A stretch of DNA of 64,000 bases from a virus. Of this stretch, positions 63,382 through 64,000 are shown piece by piece. The translations under genes and the position numbers were made by a program. The first letter of the stretch is position 1. Every line of letters begins with the position of its first letter. The stretch spans positions 26,514-90,513 of IMG/VR virus record IMGVR_UViG_3300045988_062648; one strand, given 5' to 3'. The notes below the pieces were generated by a model, which was given only the letters and a program-made list of their open reading frames with translations, made no database searches and was not told where the DNA came from.

Positions 63382-63636
63382 CTATATAGATATAATATAA
63401 TAGTCTTTATTATTACTATTATTAGTATTAGCATTAACTTGGGCACTACAACCCCCGTAGAAGAAATGAGAACTACATTCTCTTATTTTATTATTTTGTT
63501 CTTTATTATCTGTACTACCATAAACAAAAATAGCCCTACTACTTTCACAAGCAATAGGACTATCCCTTTCATTAACATCATTTATATGCAGTTTTAGCTC
63601 GACATCAAAGATAGTGAATTTATGATAATGAACCAA
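63382..63636 (-). CDS. doubtful ORF (84 aa) overlapping a motif copy
   Basis: Contains FFYGGCSAQ, encoded by the antisense of the dispersed motif. The same peptide appears in clearly spurious antisense ORFs at 7812-8075 and 17870-18139. Confidence 0.2.
   Translation of the reverse strand: MVHYHKFTIFDVELKLHINDVNERDSPIACESSRAIFVYGSTDNKEQNNKIRECSSHFFYGGCSAQVNANTNNSNNKDYYIISI
63438..63470 (+). repeat. dispersed motif, copy 18 (forward CTTGGGCACTACAACCCCCGTAGAAGAAATGAG)
   Basis: Core 63452-63463. Shares the trailing GTAGAAGAAATGAG with copy 10. Confidence 0.9.
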
Positions 63637-64000
63637 ATCATTAACAGTTATTAACTTAAAGAGTTAAAATGACTATTTTTATTACTGTTATTACTATCAG
63701 TTTAAGTTATTTATACTATCTTTGCCATGTATAGTTAGAATATTACTTGCATGAGTATAATTAATATGTACCCGTACATTATATAAAATAAAATATTATA
63801 TGAAACATAGTTATGAGATAAGTAATAAAACAGATAATGTTTATATTATTGGTTATGTTAAACCAGTAAACTGGTATGCTAATACTACTAGAAGTAATGT
63901 AAACAAATTAATTTATAGTGTTATATAAAGTGTTTTACAAATTAAAACTTAATGTATTATGTTAAATCTTAAAGTTAATGGTAAAGCAGGTAAATTTACT

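Noticed and set aside
63382-63636. The 84-aa minus-strand ORF as a real gene
   Set aside because: Its most distinctive segment (FFYGGCSAQ) is just the antisense translation of the dispersed motif. Identical peptides occur in obviously spurious antisense ORFs. It is kept only as a low-confidence feature.
1-64000. CRISPR arrays, integrase/att sites, reverse transcriptase (DGR/retron), toxin-antitoxin pairs
   Set aside because: I found no regularly spaced direct repeats with unique spacers. The dispersed motif is kilobases apart and sits inside genes. No tyrosine or serine recombinase or RT motifs appear in any ORF. Nothing supports these calls.

Overview
This window reads as a contiguous piece of a crAss-like (Crassvirales-type) podophage genome. 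It is very AT-rich (about 28-30% GC by eye) and tightly packed, with two convergent gene blocks.

Block A, 1-33,533 (+ strand), is the virion and tail module. It holds several large structural proteins and ends in two giant ORFs of 2,353 aa and about 4,749 aa. The larger one carries a DFDID metal-binding motif, as expected for the virion-packaged multisubunit-like RNA polymerase of crAss-like phages.

Block B, about 34.1-63.6 kb (- strand), is a replication, recombination and nucleotide-metabolism module. I can support from motifs: a proofreading family-B DNA polymerase, a PIF1/RecD-like SF1 helicase, a Toprim (primase-like) protein, an ATP-dependent DNA ligase, an HNH/NUMOD4 homing endonuclease, a trimeric dUTPase, a divergent ThyX-like thymidylate synthase, a DUF4406 deoxyribosyltransferase-like protein, a thioredoxin-fold CxxC redoxin, a Gp157-like protein, a DUF932-like protein and an SSB-like protein. 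There are also many small ORFs. The blocks converge at about 33.5-34.1 kb, where a tRNA-Gln(UUG) sits.

The most striking unexplained signal is a GC-rich motif of about 13-30 bp with core CCCCCGTAGAAG and extended form TTGGGATAyACAACCCCCGTAGAAGArATG. It occurs at least 18 times in both orientations, inside genes and between them, roughly every 3.5-4.8 kb. That is far beyond chance in an AT-rich genome. It looks like a genome-wide cis-acting site for an unknown DNA- or RNA-level system.

Other notable elements are a compositionally foreign cassette of about 0.95 kb at about 45% GC (61.1-62.0 kb) flanked by 66-bp direct repeats, a GC-rich nested-hairpin island (59.94-60.03 kb), and two genes that both end in a dUTPase motif-V-like tail.

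I found no CRISPR array, integrase or reverse transcriptase. Gene calls and coordinates come from the supplied ORF track plus motif reading. No database searches were possible.
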